Assembly: GCA_008632985.1 (NCBI GenBank)
Contig: QPGO01000084.1
Span: 124,001-188,000 of the forward strand
Source of the DNA: Psammoneis japonica
Taxonomy: Eukaryota
DNA length: 64,000 nucleotides
Direction: 5' to 3'
Shown here: in pieces, positions 25,535 through 38,330 of the stretch
Numbering within the stretch: the stretch's first letter is position 1
Layout: the number at the start of each line of letters is the position of its first letter
The notes under the pieces: generated by a model
What the model was told of the DNA's origin: nothing
The model's input: only the letters and a program-made list of their open reading frames with translations
Databases searched by the model: none
Program-made: the position numbers and the translations under genes

Positions 25535-26804
25535 TAATACGAAATACCTATCAATTGTCATAATTAAAAGTAGCAAATTTCATTTACAATTTTTTAGTCA
25601 ACCTCAACAAAAGTTCAACAGAAGTGGCGCGGTTCGATCGGCACCACGTAGAACCTACGGACTTCTCAGTACACACAATTCTGACGACTGACAGACCAGG
25701 TAAAACGCAGAATCACGTCAAGTCTGACGATGGCTAATTACCGCCACTGACGGCCACAATGGACGTCAACATAACGAAATGAGTAACTCCATGTTTTGTA
25801 TGTGCATCGTGTATCATTGCTGAATGGAATTTAGGATGAATTCGACTGAAAATCGGCGAAAGGATGATGTTGTGTTTCGCGCGGCGTTGGTGCGTAGAAA
25901 CGCGTAGATCATGTGCCAGAGAGCAGAATTTTTTTGACGCAAAAGATTCTCACAATCATTTGCTTTGCTCGTCTTGTCCATGCTCTTCATCAACACTGTC
26001 ACAGCTCCCATCAAACATCTCTACTGTCAATGCAAGAACCAGATGCATCCCCAATCACACCGGGGATGAATCTGAAGCGTCTGCTCAACCGCCACCGGAG
26101 CAGACGTCAGTTGAGCTGCAGGGTCTCGTTGAAGAGACATCGGCATCTCATCGCAGCGTCGTGCAGTCTTCATTTCCCTGGGCACCTCAATTGTGACATT
26201 CGCAAGTTGGCTGTCAACACGGCACCCTTTCCCCGGCTGCACTTCTTCATGGTTGGCTTTGCACCCCTCACGAGCCAAGGATCCAAGCAGCACAGCGTCC
26301 TTTCCGTCCCCGGGTTGACGCAGCAGTGTTTTGACGCCCGGAACATGATGAGCACCGTGGACCCCCGCCACGACCGCTGCTTGACGTGTGCTGTTCTGTT
26401 TCTTGGCCAAATGTCGGCCAAGGAGGTGGCCGAGCAAATGCTCAACATGATGAGCAAGTGGCGTTCTTCCTTCGTGGATTCCGCAGAACGTGAAGAACTC
26501 CATTTGTGACATGCCTCCGACGGGTCTGCCAATGTCGAGCACCTTTGTGGGCAATGCCACGGCCATGTAGAAATCATGGACTCGAGTCGTCAGTCAGTTC
26601 ATTGCTGTTTCATGGAAGCAAAAGCAATCATTTTGATTTTCGATTCTTGCCGCCATCACATGACGTCAGAGCACTGGCCTCTTCGCACATCCTGCTACGA
26701 ACAGAAGCTCGCAACTTTTGTTGGACTTTTGTTGAGGTTGACTGAAAAATTGTAAAAGAAATTTGCCACTTTTGGTTGTGACAATTGTTGGGTGTTTCGC
26801 AGCA
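25535..26804. mobile_element. Non-autonomous long-TIR element (Pack-type) carrying a beta-tubulin fragment
   Basis: 95-bp ungapped inverted repeats at 25535-25629 and 26710-26804 (15 mismatches by eye). TSD not found. Confidence 0.7.
26158..26580 (+). pseudogene. TUBB: Beta-tubulin internal fragment
   Basis: [37 protein letters not shown]...[21 protein letters not shown]..., then after a frameshift [21 protein letters not shown]. Confidence 0.92.
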
Positions 26805-26824
26805 TTCTCAGAAAAATCCGATTT

Positions 26825-27039
26825 TGGGGACGTCTCCAGACGACTCCAGCCAGCTGCTGGTCGAAGAATCTTGTGTGGGATTTGCACTGACAGAGTCTGT
26901 CAATCAATGCATTTGAGGTTATGGCCAGATTTGGTGAACGCTGGACGGACTGGACGCACGTAAATTGTACGGGTGAAACCCCGTAAACGCACTGACAAGC
27001 AGACGTTTTCCAGCCAGCAGCTGGCTGGAGACGTCCCCA
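26825..27039. repeat. Short inverted-repeat element (MITE-like)
   Basis: tggggacgtctccag[acgactccag]ccagctgctgg (26825-26860) is the reverse complement of 27014-27039 apart from a 10-bp insert. Confidence 0.55.
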
Positions 27040-27254
27040 GATTTTCAAAAAATGTCGGAAGCACGTTTGTTTTGAGTGGCGTGTGATGCTGTACACACAA
27101 TCAAGTCACAGCGCAAATTTTAACCCTTAGGGCCCTAGCTAGACCCTGTCCAAACCAGGGTTAACTAATTGCAAAGTTTTCTGCAGCAATCAGATTGCAA
27201 TCAGTCGATTGCTCTCTGCGCAAGAGCGCACTCCGCGCAGGAGAAAAGCCCGCC

Positions 27255-27621
27255 TGCAGTATGCGACTGTTATATACATATTTATGATTATATATTATTT
27301 ATATGTCAATCGTACCACAGTCGTGGATGCGTACAAAGGACAGAACGATCACACAGAGTTGATCGGATGTCGAGAATTGCAAATACGATCGATTGACGAT
27401 GTTGACATCTTACGTGTCAATAGCAATCGTATCCGGACAATCTGTTGTCACGAATATATTCTCCGAAAGGCCTTTTGTCTGTAGAAGCAGTACAGAAGCT
27501 TTAGGCCATTGAGAACTCATTCGGAGAAACCAAAAATCACAGAGTAAAATCCAATCTTATAATTTCCACTTTTCGTACACTATTCTACTTTCGTTTACAC
27601 TCGTTCTTCGAGCATAGTGCA
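27255..27621 (+). repeat. 5' LTR
   Basis: Direct repeat of 31634-32000; one difference seen. Confidence 0.95.
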
Positions 27622-30600
27622 TTGTGTATACACACCACAGAAGGTAAAAAGCACGGAAAATGAAAATTTTAACTAATGTGCCTTTGCAAATTCTTCCACA
27701 AACAGGAACGAATCGCATCAGTTCTGCTGGAATCGATTTCCGAGCGGAAGAAGCTCAAGCCGAGCAGTGCCTCAAGATGGAACGCTGTTTTTCGTCTACC
27801 AGACAAGAGGATTCGCTCTAATACGGTCTATTCCAAGCACCCAAGGATCAAGGGCTCTCAAGTACACCGCATTGTCAAAAAATCTACACCAAGTCATGGT
27901 TGCAGAGAATGCAAGTTCCGAGTCGATCAGGTCCGAGAAATACGTCTGGTGTGCAAGGAGAGACTATTGGAGAGTTTTTGGAGACCGAATCAACGAGCCT
28001 CGAGTCCAAGAGCAAGATGGAACCGTTGGAAAGTACCTCAAGAGTCTCATGTCTCATGTCTTTCCAAGAATTGCACTTCAGAATCAGAATTATTATTTTC
28101 AAGACGATCTGAAGAAACCAGAGCTGCTTGACAGCAAGAAAGCCTCTGTTAGACCCAAGAGGTCAATGATGAGAGTCTATGCGACCCTCAGATGGATTCT
28201 AAGTAGAATCTAGCGGGAAACCGAGCGCTGATTTATCAGCTATCACTCGCACCGCAAGGATGGCAGCATCAGTCTACTGTCCAAAACAATCAACTATTGC
28301 AACTCATCCTTGATGAGCTGATTAAGTTTTGAGTCATCTATAGGTCGTTCATGACGTCTGTGATGAAAAAACATATCAACTCAGGCTCGGATAGCGCAGT
28401 TGGTTCCAAAATAAAAAAGGTTCCAAATTTGGTTCCAAAAATGGTCTCCCATATGGTACCAGAACAATCCAAAGTGAATGCAAGGTCTTATCTTTGAAAA
28501 AAGAATACCTACATCACGGATTGAAGCTATTCTAAAAATGAACTAGCAAAAGAGTGCAAGGGTGACTCTGAAAGAGACCCAAAAATGCGCCGTTCAAATG
28601 GCAATCGCACGCGGTCGCGTCGCGATAACGAAAATGCCGCTCGCAAAAAAAGAGATGAACGTCATGATTGATCAGGCGGTTCAAAAAATACTCAAAGCGA
28701 GTTCCTTGAACAAAGAAAAAGAGCATAAGGGCAAAGAATCAGATTCTGATACCCTCAGTGAAGAAAAATACCAATTTGATCGGATGATCCAGACTGAATC
28801 CGAAGAATAATTTTGGTCTATTCACGAATTATATGCTTTACTGGATATTAGGAAGCCTAGAAAAAAGGCAGAAATAATTCACACTAGTCCAGGAGTCATC
28901 ATTTATATGAATACTTCCTTGGGAAAGGAGAGAAAAAAAAGCATCTACGTGTTCCTATCGATAACGGAACATCGTCAACCATAATTTTGCGCAAATTCGT
29001 GCGAAAGTTGAGAACACAAGAATCCGCCACCAAAAACTTGGGAAACCAAGGGTGAGCTCTTTACGACTGATAGTAAACACCGAATTCAGTTCTCACTATG
29101 CGAAATTTAAGGCATACTGATATGCAAACAGTATATGTTGAAAACACCAAATTTTCTTCAGGTTCAAATGATATGATCATGGGACGCGACTTAATGTCCA
29201 GTCCTACAAGTCATATTGGACTACGCAAATGAAGAAATCTAATGGGAAGAAGCAATTACCTTATGAAGAATGTTCATACACTCTTCGATGCCGATGTTTT
29301 CAAGCTGAAAACCGATCACATTGAAAAATATGACGCCGTGAATAGAGTTAATAACGGAACCAATGGTCCTCGACTCACATTATCACGCCATCGATCTTAA
29401 TCAAGTGACAACTACGGCGATGCATCTAACCCAAATGAACACAACCAACTCAATCTTCTTCTTAAGAGGTTGAAATCGTTTTGAAAAGTTCCTCAGACGA
29501 ATGTATGGGAAGCATCAGTGGATCTCATCGTGGAAAATCTGACGCGATTCCACGACGCGTGAGAACCTTCTCCTATCATAGTCTTTGGAGGCGTCCAATC
29601 AAAAGGAGTTTGACCTATTATGAAAGATTGAAGTCTTAAAAATGAAATTACTCTGATAAGTCGCTCTGAGACTCATTGTCTAAAGAAAACAGGTCGAGTT
29701 CGACCGTATCCGACACTCAGAAGCTTAGTAAAAGGTTCATACACGTGGTGTATCCTTTACCCAATATTCAGGAAATACTATTGAAGCAAGAACGTTTCAT
29801 ATATGTAATCTATTTGATTCAAATATGGAATGCCACCATGTCAAATAAAAAAAGCACACGTCGTGCTCACACGAAAATCATGCCGTAGGGAGAAAATGAG
29901 TACTATAGGCTTCCAATGAGAATCTATAGAGCCCCAGATATTTTTTAACAACACATGAATGAACTCATAACAGGTTTGAAGTTGTCAGAACGACTGTATA
30001 TGATCGTTTATACCTGACAAAAGGTGACTTCAAAATATCACCTGTACAAGTGACAGCTTAATACGGCATTCAAACGACTAGAACAGTCGCTTAGAAGGTT
30101 AACAACAAAAGTCCTTCACTATTTAACTTGAAATAAACTATCAAGACTTCCATACGTAACGATATGCAATCGATTACAAAGAAAATGGAGGCGATTCAAA
30201 CAATCGCAACACGAGAAAAACGTAAAGAACGCTACGACATCTCGTTGTCATACGTTACTATTATCGAGACATGTAGTCTCAACGATCTCCTGTACAATAC
30301 TAGCCAAATTCACCTCAATAAAGGTCAAACGGCAAAAGTACAAGTACGGAACGAAAAGTCTCCGAAAATATGGAGCGTATCAAATCAAAAACTATATTGT
30401 TATCATACACGTGTTTCAATATTATACGTTACAACGGAAAAAAGAACTTCTGTCCATAGTGAAAACACTTAAAAAATTCCGAAATATACTGTTTGGCCAA
30501 CAGATTTATATATATACGGATCATAAGACATAACGGACAAAGTCATTCGTTGACGACTTACAATAGAAAACTTCAGTCCCGAATTAAAATACAGCGAGGG

Positions 30601-31633
30601 CAAGGCGAACATCGTCGCGATAGACGCGATCAGCCGACTTACTATAGAAAATTGAATCCTACGACAATGTCCTACCGTTAAAACGGGATAAAGACATTTC
30701 CCTCCAAATTGTCGGACGCGACATATCATACGAACACTTTTCGTGGAGGCGAGCGAGATCGAAAAATGCTCATGTCATAAGGAAAAAATCGCCTTATTTA
30801 GGGACGGTTAAAGAAAAAATCAGTGACAGATTGGTATACATTATACGTACCTACTTCACACTGGCAAAAGACAATCTCACAACACCCGTACGGTTGTATT
30901 GTACAATGTACGAGGCAAGACATTAAAATATACATCATGTCGACACACGAGATGTGCCAAAGATCTAGAAAAAGAAAAGAAAAATGGACATTTATCCACT
31001 TAGTGCACGAAACCAGTGCCTTCGGAATGACAAAATAACACCGGTATGTCAGAAAGAAACGTCCAAATAACGATTAAAATCCAACTGATAGATGGTTGAA
31101 GTACAAAAAAAAAATCCATAATGGAATTCATAACCATCACAGGATTGATTATCAAGACGAAATGGTCATAATATCTTTGACCATCGTTTGTTGTTACTTA
31201 TGAAACGTGGTAGTGCAGCAGAGCAATATGGCATATAAAGTAAGCCCGCCAAACTACATGAAATCCACAAGTAAGTAAGTGAACGCCATAATTAAGAGCG
31301 TACATTAAGTACTGGGCACGATGCTATGTACAATCGATATCAGGAAAAACACTTACTCCAGGACAATTAGTCCTTGTGTTCATATCAACAAAGAACGTCA
31401 ACGAGAATACTCGACGTAATACTATATATACATATATATAAAGTGAGAAACAAACGATGTCACTCTCATAAGACATTCGGAAATTGGAACGGCCCCACAT
31501 GGCCTATATACAAAACGACAACAGTCATTACTAATGGCACAATACAGTGAACGTGGAGACATTATTGACACTGTCAATATCCGTCGAATAATCCACTTAA
31601 CAAATGACTCTAATGTGCAATTAGGGAGGCGAA

Positions 31634-32000
31634 TGCAGTATGCGACTGTTATATACATATTTATGATTATACATTATTTATATGTCAATCGTACCACAGT
31701 CGTGGATGCGTACAAAGGACAGAACGATCACACAGAGTTGATCGGATGTCGAGAATTGCAAATACGATCGATTGACGATGTTGACATCTTACGTGTCAAT
31801 AGCAATCGTATCCGGACAATCTGTTGTCACGAATATATTCTCCGAAAGGCCTTTTGTCTGTAGAAGCAGTACAGAAGCTTTAGGCCATTGAGAACTCATT
31901 CGGAGAAACCAAAAATCACAGAGTAAAATCCAATCTTATAATTTCCACTTTTCGTACACTATTCTACTTTCGTTTACACTCGTTCTTCGAGCATAGTGCA
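31634..32000 (+). repeat. 3' LTR
   Basis: Direct repeat of 27255-27621. Confidence 0.95.
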
Positions 32001-32222
32001 CGCCGAAGAAATCGAGCTATTTCACTGATTTTAGCTAATAAAAGAGCTCGAATTTCGATTGCAATCGATTGCAACAGTCGATTGTGATTGCGACCTCGGC
32101 TCTTTCCCGACAATCAGGTCATTGCAATCGAGTTTGCAATTGCGATTGCAATCAAAGTGAGGCTGATTGCAATCGATCCTAGCAATTAGTTAACACTGGT
32201 CCAAACTGGATCATACGGTACC

Positions 32223-32898
32223 TATGATCATACCTGACGTCACGAAGCCTTTTTGCTGACGTAGCAGAGTCATACCCACGAGTGCTTTCCCTTATGCATA
32301 CCCAAGTTTTACCAATACACGAATATCTTAACATACTGATTTTATACATTTTATCACTGATGAAGGTTGATCATTTAACCAGGGCATTAAACTAACTACA
32401 TCGATGAAGTTAGATTAAAACAGAATAAAACCACACGACGAGAACGACGCCACCATGACGACGAGAACGCAACCATAAGTCTACAATAAGCCATGTAAAG
32501 GAGACAAATCGATCATAAAATCAAACTTATGTATGACTTATATATAAGCAACTTCATTGTATGAGTTTCTGCCGCGAATTGATTGAGAGAAGGTTCAGCA
32601 AAATTACTGTGCGTCGTGACAAGCCAAGAACGGCACGTAGAGCGCCCCAAACACAGCAAGCTCTCGCATATGATCATATTATAGGTTTGTTGTGGATAGG
32701 ATACAGCCATAAGCGCTGTGGTTGCATCAAAAAAGCCATTTCTGGGTCGTTTCGTGTGTCGACCCCAGGGGTATGATGTGGAACACTGTTCCTCTGGAAA
32801 AATCGTATGGCCTAAAATTGCGTCATGCATAGGGCTAATAACCACTAATTTTTTCGAAGAGGCTAAATTTAGGCTCTATGACGTCAGGTATGATCATA
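32223..32898. repeat. Perfect 20-bp inverted repeat pair enclosing ~640 bp (possible MITE)
   Basis: tatgatcatacctgacgtca (32223-32242) and its reverse complement (32879-32898); no TSD identified. Confidence 0.55.
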
Positions 32899-33403
32899 CG
32901 TATGGCTGGAATTGATTTTTTGAAATTTGGAGTAGATTTCTACGTAAGTAGTATAACACGTCACCAAGTTGAAGTTCATTTTATTGGCGGGAAAACAAAA
33001 AGGACGAGAATTATCACGTGCCCGGTCTCTCGACGATGATGCTCACAGCTTCTTGAAAATCCATGGCTTTTTGCACTACGACCTATACCCACCTTACCAA
33101 CCCACTTGTGAAGCTCCCTGAGGGCCGAAGTGCAAAAACCCATCATGTCTGATGTCAGAAAATCGTTCGTATCAAAACACATGCATCGACTGTTCTTGGA
33201 TTCTCGCGTTCAGAATCAATGGATGCCAGTAGGCCTGTGGGCAGAGTGCTGCAATACAAAATTCAACATCAATGATGAGAGAGTCGAAATTATGGTTGGA
33301 CAGTTGAAGAAGCCGTGTGGCAGCATCAACGGGGTTTCGAGTTTGACGGAAGAGAACAACATTGTTGATGACGGGGTGAATTTGTACGAAACGGAATACC
33401 AAC

Positions 33404-33640
33404 ATGGCAGTCAAGCCCAACCCCTTTTTCCTCTTTGTAAATTACTTGAAGCTACTCAAGGACGACGATAAAGCCCATGCATCCCGGTTCTGTACCGACC
33501 TGCAAGACTATTTTTTAGGATTGCAAACTCCCGAACCTCCGTTTGGACACGAGAATCTCAATCACTTTGTCGGATCCAAGTCTTTGGCAAAAACCGTTGA
33601 CATGTGCCATCATCTTGCAAACCCAAGTCGTTCTTTGCCG
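33404..33640 (+). pseudogene. C-terminal fragment of a third sulfotransferase-domain paralogue
   Basis: MAVKPNPF...DLQDYFLGLQTPEPPFGHENLNHFVG...TVDMC aligns with MAVKPFPF...DMQEFLQLNEPLGPFSRENKNHFVG...TIDIC of the 8644-10218 gene. Confidence 0.8.
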
Positions 33641-33849
33641 CGGAGCATCAGCAAGGGCACCAAATTTATTATTTTTTTCAATTTTATATAAAGTTGATTA
33701 TAGAATGGTTTCTACGGGATGCTGTGCCCATTCTCTACCGGTAGCTCTCTACTTTTAAGTAAGTGGCAGCCTGCAATAGACGGGGCATCGTGTAAACGTC
33801 TGAGATTCGCAATAAGTTGGGTGACACGAATCATCTAGCAATGGTAACT

Positions 33850-34537
33850 GCCTCGTCGGGATTGCGCTCGGGCAAGTTACAGAGCTTGTGGGGCTTCCTG
33901 GGGTGGGCAAGACACAATTCGCCATGCAGCTTTGTGTCGATGCTCGGCTTCCCAGACAACAAGGTGGAGTGCAGGGCGAAGTTGTGTACATTGACACCCA
34001 AGGTACTTTTAGTGCCGAACGGTGTCACGTCATGGCTGGAGTCTCGACACTTTACGAAGAAACTACCGCTCATACTTCTCTTTGACCGATACACTATTCT
34101 GAACGGAATCCACGTCTTTCGGGCATTCGATCAAGACGCTCAAATGGCTACACATTGACTCTATCGCCTTTCATTATCGGGGTTCTCACGATGACTACAT
34201 GGCGAGGACGAGATCACTTACAAGCATTGACGGATTCTTGACCAGATTGGCAGTGAAGTTTGATTGTCACTGTCAATAAATGACTACCAAGGTGGACTCT
34301 ACTTCACGTAGTACCAACAGCTCAAGAGTAGTTCCTGCCTTGGGGGCATCCTGGGCGCACAATTGTGCCAATCGAATCATGCTTTCTCGAGTTGACGGAG
34401 AGCCATCGACCAGCAGTGCACGCCAATGTCATCTTCTCACCTCGGAGAATTCGGCATTCGTGACATTCGACAAAAGCCCTGTGCCACTGGCTCGTCACAC
34501 GGACTCTGCGGCAAAGCGGCCACGGATACAATACTAG
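33850..34537 (+). pseudogene. RAD51C: RAD51 paralogue (RAD51C-like) pseudogene
   Basis: GQVTELVGLPGVGKTQFAMQLCVD (Walker A), VYIDTQGTF, IDSIAFHYR and MTTK...VPALGASWAH, broken by frameshifts and deletions. Confidence 0.8.
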
Positions 34538-34763
34538 AGACAAGAGAATCAAAGCCACGTACCAAAAGGTCTTTTACTTCAGTACCGACTTCCGAGCCGT
34601 AGATTCTCGCTTGTTTGCATTGCGTCACTGGCTCGTCATACGGATTCTGCGGCAAAGCGGCCACGGATACAATACTAGAGACAAGAGAATCAAAGCTACG
34701 TACCAAAAGGTCTTTTACTTTAGTACCGACAGCACAGCCGTAGATTCTCGCTTGTATGTATTG
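34485..34763. repeat. 141-bp tandem duplication (2 copies)
   Basis: cactggctcgtca...tagattctcgcttg starts at 34485 and again at 34626. Confidence 0.92.
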
Positions 34764-36479
34764 TGCAACATTCTTACCCGGTAGGGAACTTTCTTGGTGA
34801 AGAAAAGAAAAATATCTAAGCTAGACTAGCACTCCCTCGTTGGCCGTAGCCGGCTTCTCCCCACGACGTGTGGGGCGCCTATTCATCTCTAGTTTATCGT
34901 TTGACTGGAAACTTGGATTGCGAGCTTCTTCTCGGCCCTTTGGCGCTCAGGCTACGCAAGGTTGCTCAATCATCCGCGCTGCTCTCAAATCCCTTCATCC
35001 ACCCTCTCTGCTCTTGAGTCCCTATCCACTATACCTAGCTCTTGATTGCTGTGCAGTCCGAGGTTTCGTTGATTCTGGCATTTCGAGTTTCTAGATCCGT
35101 AATTGTTTGAATGCAGGTACGTGTTGGTTATGCGTACGTTCTGAACTGCAGGCGCCACGAAAATTCTGGTTTCGAATATCGCTGCTCACCCGACTTACCG
35201 TTCACGCATGTAACAGTCAGTGCCTTGTTGGTCATTCGAGGATACGGTATCAACAAATTGCGCCAACGATAACGTCAATTCTTTCTATATCTCCACAAGC
35301 TGAACCATCCTTGCTGTCTGAATGCAGGTGGGTGTGTTGTGCATGTCAATATATCCGAACTGCGGGCGCCACGAGATTCTTTGACTAAATATCGCTGCTC
35401 ACCCGAATCTTACAGATCGCGACTTATGATGAAAGCAACAACGCGACCTTGTTCATACATACAAATGGAAGCAACTTGGGCAGTTAACAAAACTCGCCGA
35501 CAATCTTCTAGAACCAGTAAGTAATCAAGAGCCAGTGCAATTCCGCGCCTGGTCTTCGTCTTCTTGCCTGTTCATTCACCGTTTGCTTGACTTCGCTTCT
35601 TTTCTCCCTCGATCTTCGGCTCTCTCGATCTCCAACCGTCTCGAACCATCTCGAAGCTCTCCCTCTCTCCGCAGAATAGAAGAAAGTAGAAAACAGCCGT
35701 GTGAGTGAGAGCGGAGAGGATGAATCGAGAACGAGTCAATAAAGTCTGAAGCACCGCAGAACCTTCACGAAAAGTCCGCCCTCGAGCGAGATCGGAGGTC
35801 CTTTACTAGAGAATAGGTATTCAGCGTGCTTTAACTTCTTTGTCTGCTCTCGTAGATTGCTCGTAATAAACGTGTTTGCTGGCACTGACAGAATGGAATA
35901 CCCCATCGTACCCACGTACGATATGGCCTGGTGTTCTTCCTTTCTTTTCGATTCGACATATATTGATACACTCAACCAAACACACAGAGGAAAGGCTCCC
36001 CAGAACCAAATCCCCGTCAAGTCTTTCAATCAACGATAGCGTAACTATTGCTACGAGAACTCAAGACAACTCACCCTTGCGGAGCAACCTTGGTTATCAA
36101 CGAGCCCACGTGGTTAATCTAGAGGCACTGAATGGGTTGTTTGCCTTGTGAACGTGTGAGCGTAGTCATTCTGGTTTGATTGACCGCCATTTTGAAACCG
36201 CCGACGCCAAAACTCGGGAAATTGTGGGCTGAGGTTACAACGAATTTATAATGTATATGTCTCCGTATGTTATATTTTTCGATGTGCGAACCTTACGACG
36301 TCATAGTATTTCATTATATTCAAAAAATTAAATAAGCATTCGATCGTCGACGGATCGACGGAGTGCATATTTCATCGCCAGCGCCACACCATGGCGTCGA
36401 TCGTTTGCTCTCTTGCGTTCTGATCCCCTCATTTTTGCTCCTCTTCTACACTTTCCACGTGGATTTTTCTGTGAATTTG

Positions 36480-37500
36480 TTTCCGGAGATGCAAGAAAGA
36501 GAATCGTGGATGCAATCCACGGTGCTTTCGTCGCGGATGCCGCATCGCTTGGTACTCATTGGTATTACGACATGAACGATTTGAACAGAGTCATCCCCGA
36601 CACGGATGCTCCCGAGTTTAGGAATCCACCTGCACCACAATTTTATTCAAAAGAAGAATTTCCGGGGCGTTACAATTTGGGGATGCTTAGTCCTTATGGG
36701 GAACAATTGCTTTTCGTGGCGGACTATGTTGCATCGAGAAAGGAAATTGAGGGAGGATCCATGACTCTTGCCATGTTGGACTGGGCGACGTCCTTTGGGG
36801 GGAGACTTGATCATGCTACCAAAACTTTTATTGAAAACATGTCAGCGAAAGGCGAGAAATGGCCAAATTGTGGTGCAGATGATAATCAAGGTGAGCAGCT
36901 GCAGTAGCTAAGCATGTTTGATCAAGCACGTCAGCGTCTCTCTCACTCCACACCTCCTCTTGCATACGACTCGAAAATAGCCCACATCTACACAAAGATT
37001 GTAACAGTAACTTATTTGTATATGGTTAGTCTCGAACGTCGGGCCATGGTAGAAGAAGCTATTCGAGTGCACCAAAACAAAAAGTCTTGGAAGAAATTAG
37101 TGGCGATACTTCTGCTGCGGTGAAGGATGCATTCGCTACTGCATCGAACGCATCTGGTAGTAATTTGACAGAACTACTCGAAGAGGTTGGTCGTCACTGC
37201 GGACTGCCTGCGTCATTCATCGGGCCTTCCTTCCAGATTGTGACTTCCAAGTTCGACTCATCTCCCCATGCCTACAGAGATGCGATGAGAGAAAATATAC
37301 GTGCTAGTGGAGATACTTGTGGTGGGCTACCTTCATTGGTTCCATATTTGCTGCAGCTCATGGCGGACACCCGGGTTCTTGGTTAGATGAATTGAACGAT
37401 GATGTGTCGAAGCGTGTTGAGGCTGTTCCCACCGTTATCGGTGATTCTTCAATCGCCAAGTCTCACATGTATGTACGCATCTCATTTCAATTGTTTTGCT
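36480..37500 (+). pseudogene. ADP-ribosylglycohydrolase / crystallin J1-like gene with frameshifts
   Basis: AIHGAFVADAASLGTHWYYD, SPYGEQL, GADDNQ; probable intron 36890-36980; GRHCGLP, AMRENIRASGDTC. Frame changes near 37080 and 37320. Confidence 0.72.
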
Positions 37501-38330
37501 TTTGACTTTGGATGTGAAAGTACATGATGTTCTCATTGATTCTTTGTCCAACGAAGACAAAAGCGTTCGGTAGATACCAGTAGTGAGATCCTGTTGGTGT
37601 GCGCGCTCGGATTGCTTTCATACACGCTGTTGCTACTCGACGTGTTTATGGAAGACGCAAAACTCGGTAACGAAGAGACCAAGCTTGCTAGTGTTCGAAA
37701 CCAATTGGTGCGGATTTTTTGTGCTTTCATTTCTTTTCATGAAGCACTCAAAGACTCGCATTGCGAGTCTCCTTGTTACCTGATGTGAACACCCTCCTGT
37801 CCATGGCATCTCCCTTCATCAGTGTAATGATATGCTACTCTCTTGGAGAGAGAAAAGCAAAGTCCAGCATACCATACCTACAGTAATGTAGAAGGGTCCA
37901 GTGGTAATGCGGGAGCTACAGTACCGGAGCTTCTTGGGAAGAGAACCGTTGTTCACCTTTCAACACAGTCGCGTTTGCAGCCGCGAGTCATTCAGCTCAG
38001 CCCATCCACGTTTTCGTTTCGTTTCCGTCGGCTTGACGAGCGTAGGCTTTTCCGTTTGAAAGAATTTCTAAACCAAATCCGGTTCTCATCGCATTCGCAC
38101 CAAAGCATTGTTGACATCGGGAAGGCAGACTTTTGCAACAAGCAAGTCGACTCCCTTTGCAAAGGCTGTAATCCTCGAATTCAGAATGTAGATCCTCTAG
38201 CTTGTTTAGACCTAAATGAGGGATATGCAATCTCCCATGCATATAGTCAATATCTAAACGGTGGCACATTCACCAGCCTCGTCACTACCGTGATTTTATA
38301 TTACTATTCTTCTACCGCATAACCGCACAT

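Larger units (their letters stand above)
27255..32000 (+). mobile_element. Ty3/Gypsy LTR retrotransposon with degenerate gag-pol
   Basis: 367-bp TG...CA LTRs; 4-bp TSD cgcc (27251-54, 32001-04); PPT agggaggcgaa. Remnants occur in PR-RT-RH-INT order: IDNGTSSTI/DMIMGRDLM, YYRLPMRI..APDIF, YYRDM*, YTDHK, EGKANIVA..DAISRL. Confidence 0.92.
27156..32198. mobile_element. hAT-type MITE (~293 bp without the insert), interrupted by the Gypsy element
   Basis: 17-bp TIRs cagggttaactaattgc / gcaattagttaacactg (1 mismatch); 8-bp TSD gtccaaac at 27148-27155 and 32199-32206; subterminal gattgcaatc repeats. Confidence 0.88.

Noticed and set aside
27119..27140. ttaacccttaggg as a telomere seed or piggyBac end
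   Set aside because: Single short occurrence with no matching partner end found.
35530..36040. Minus-strand coding-like membrane-protein fragment
   Set aside because: No recognisable family or complete structure; possibly another pseudogene piece but unsupported.
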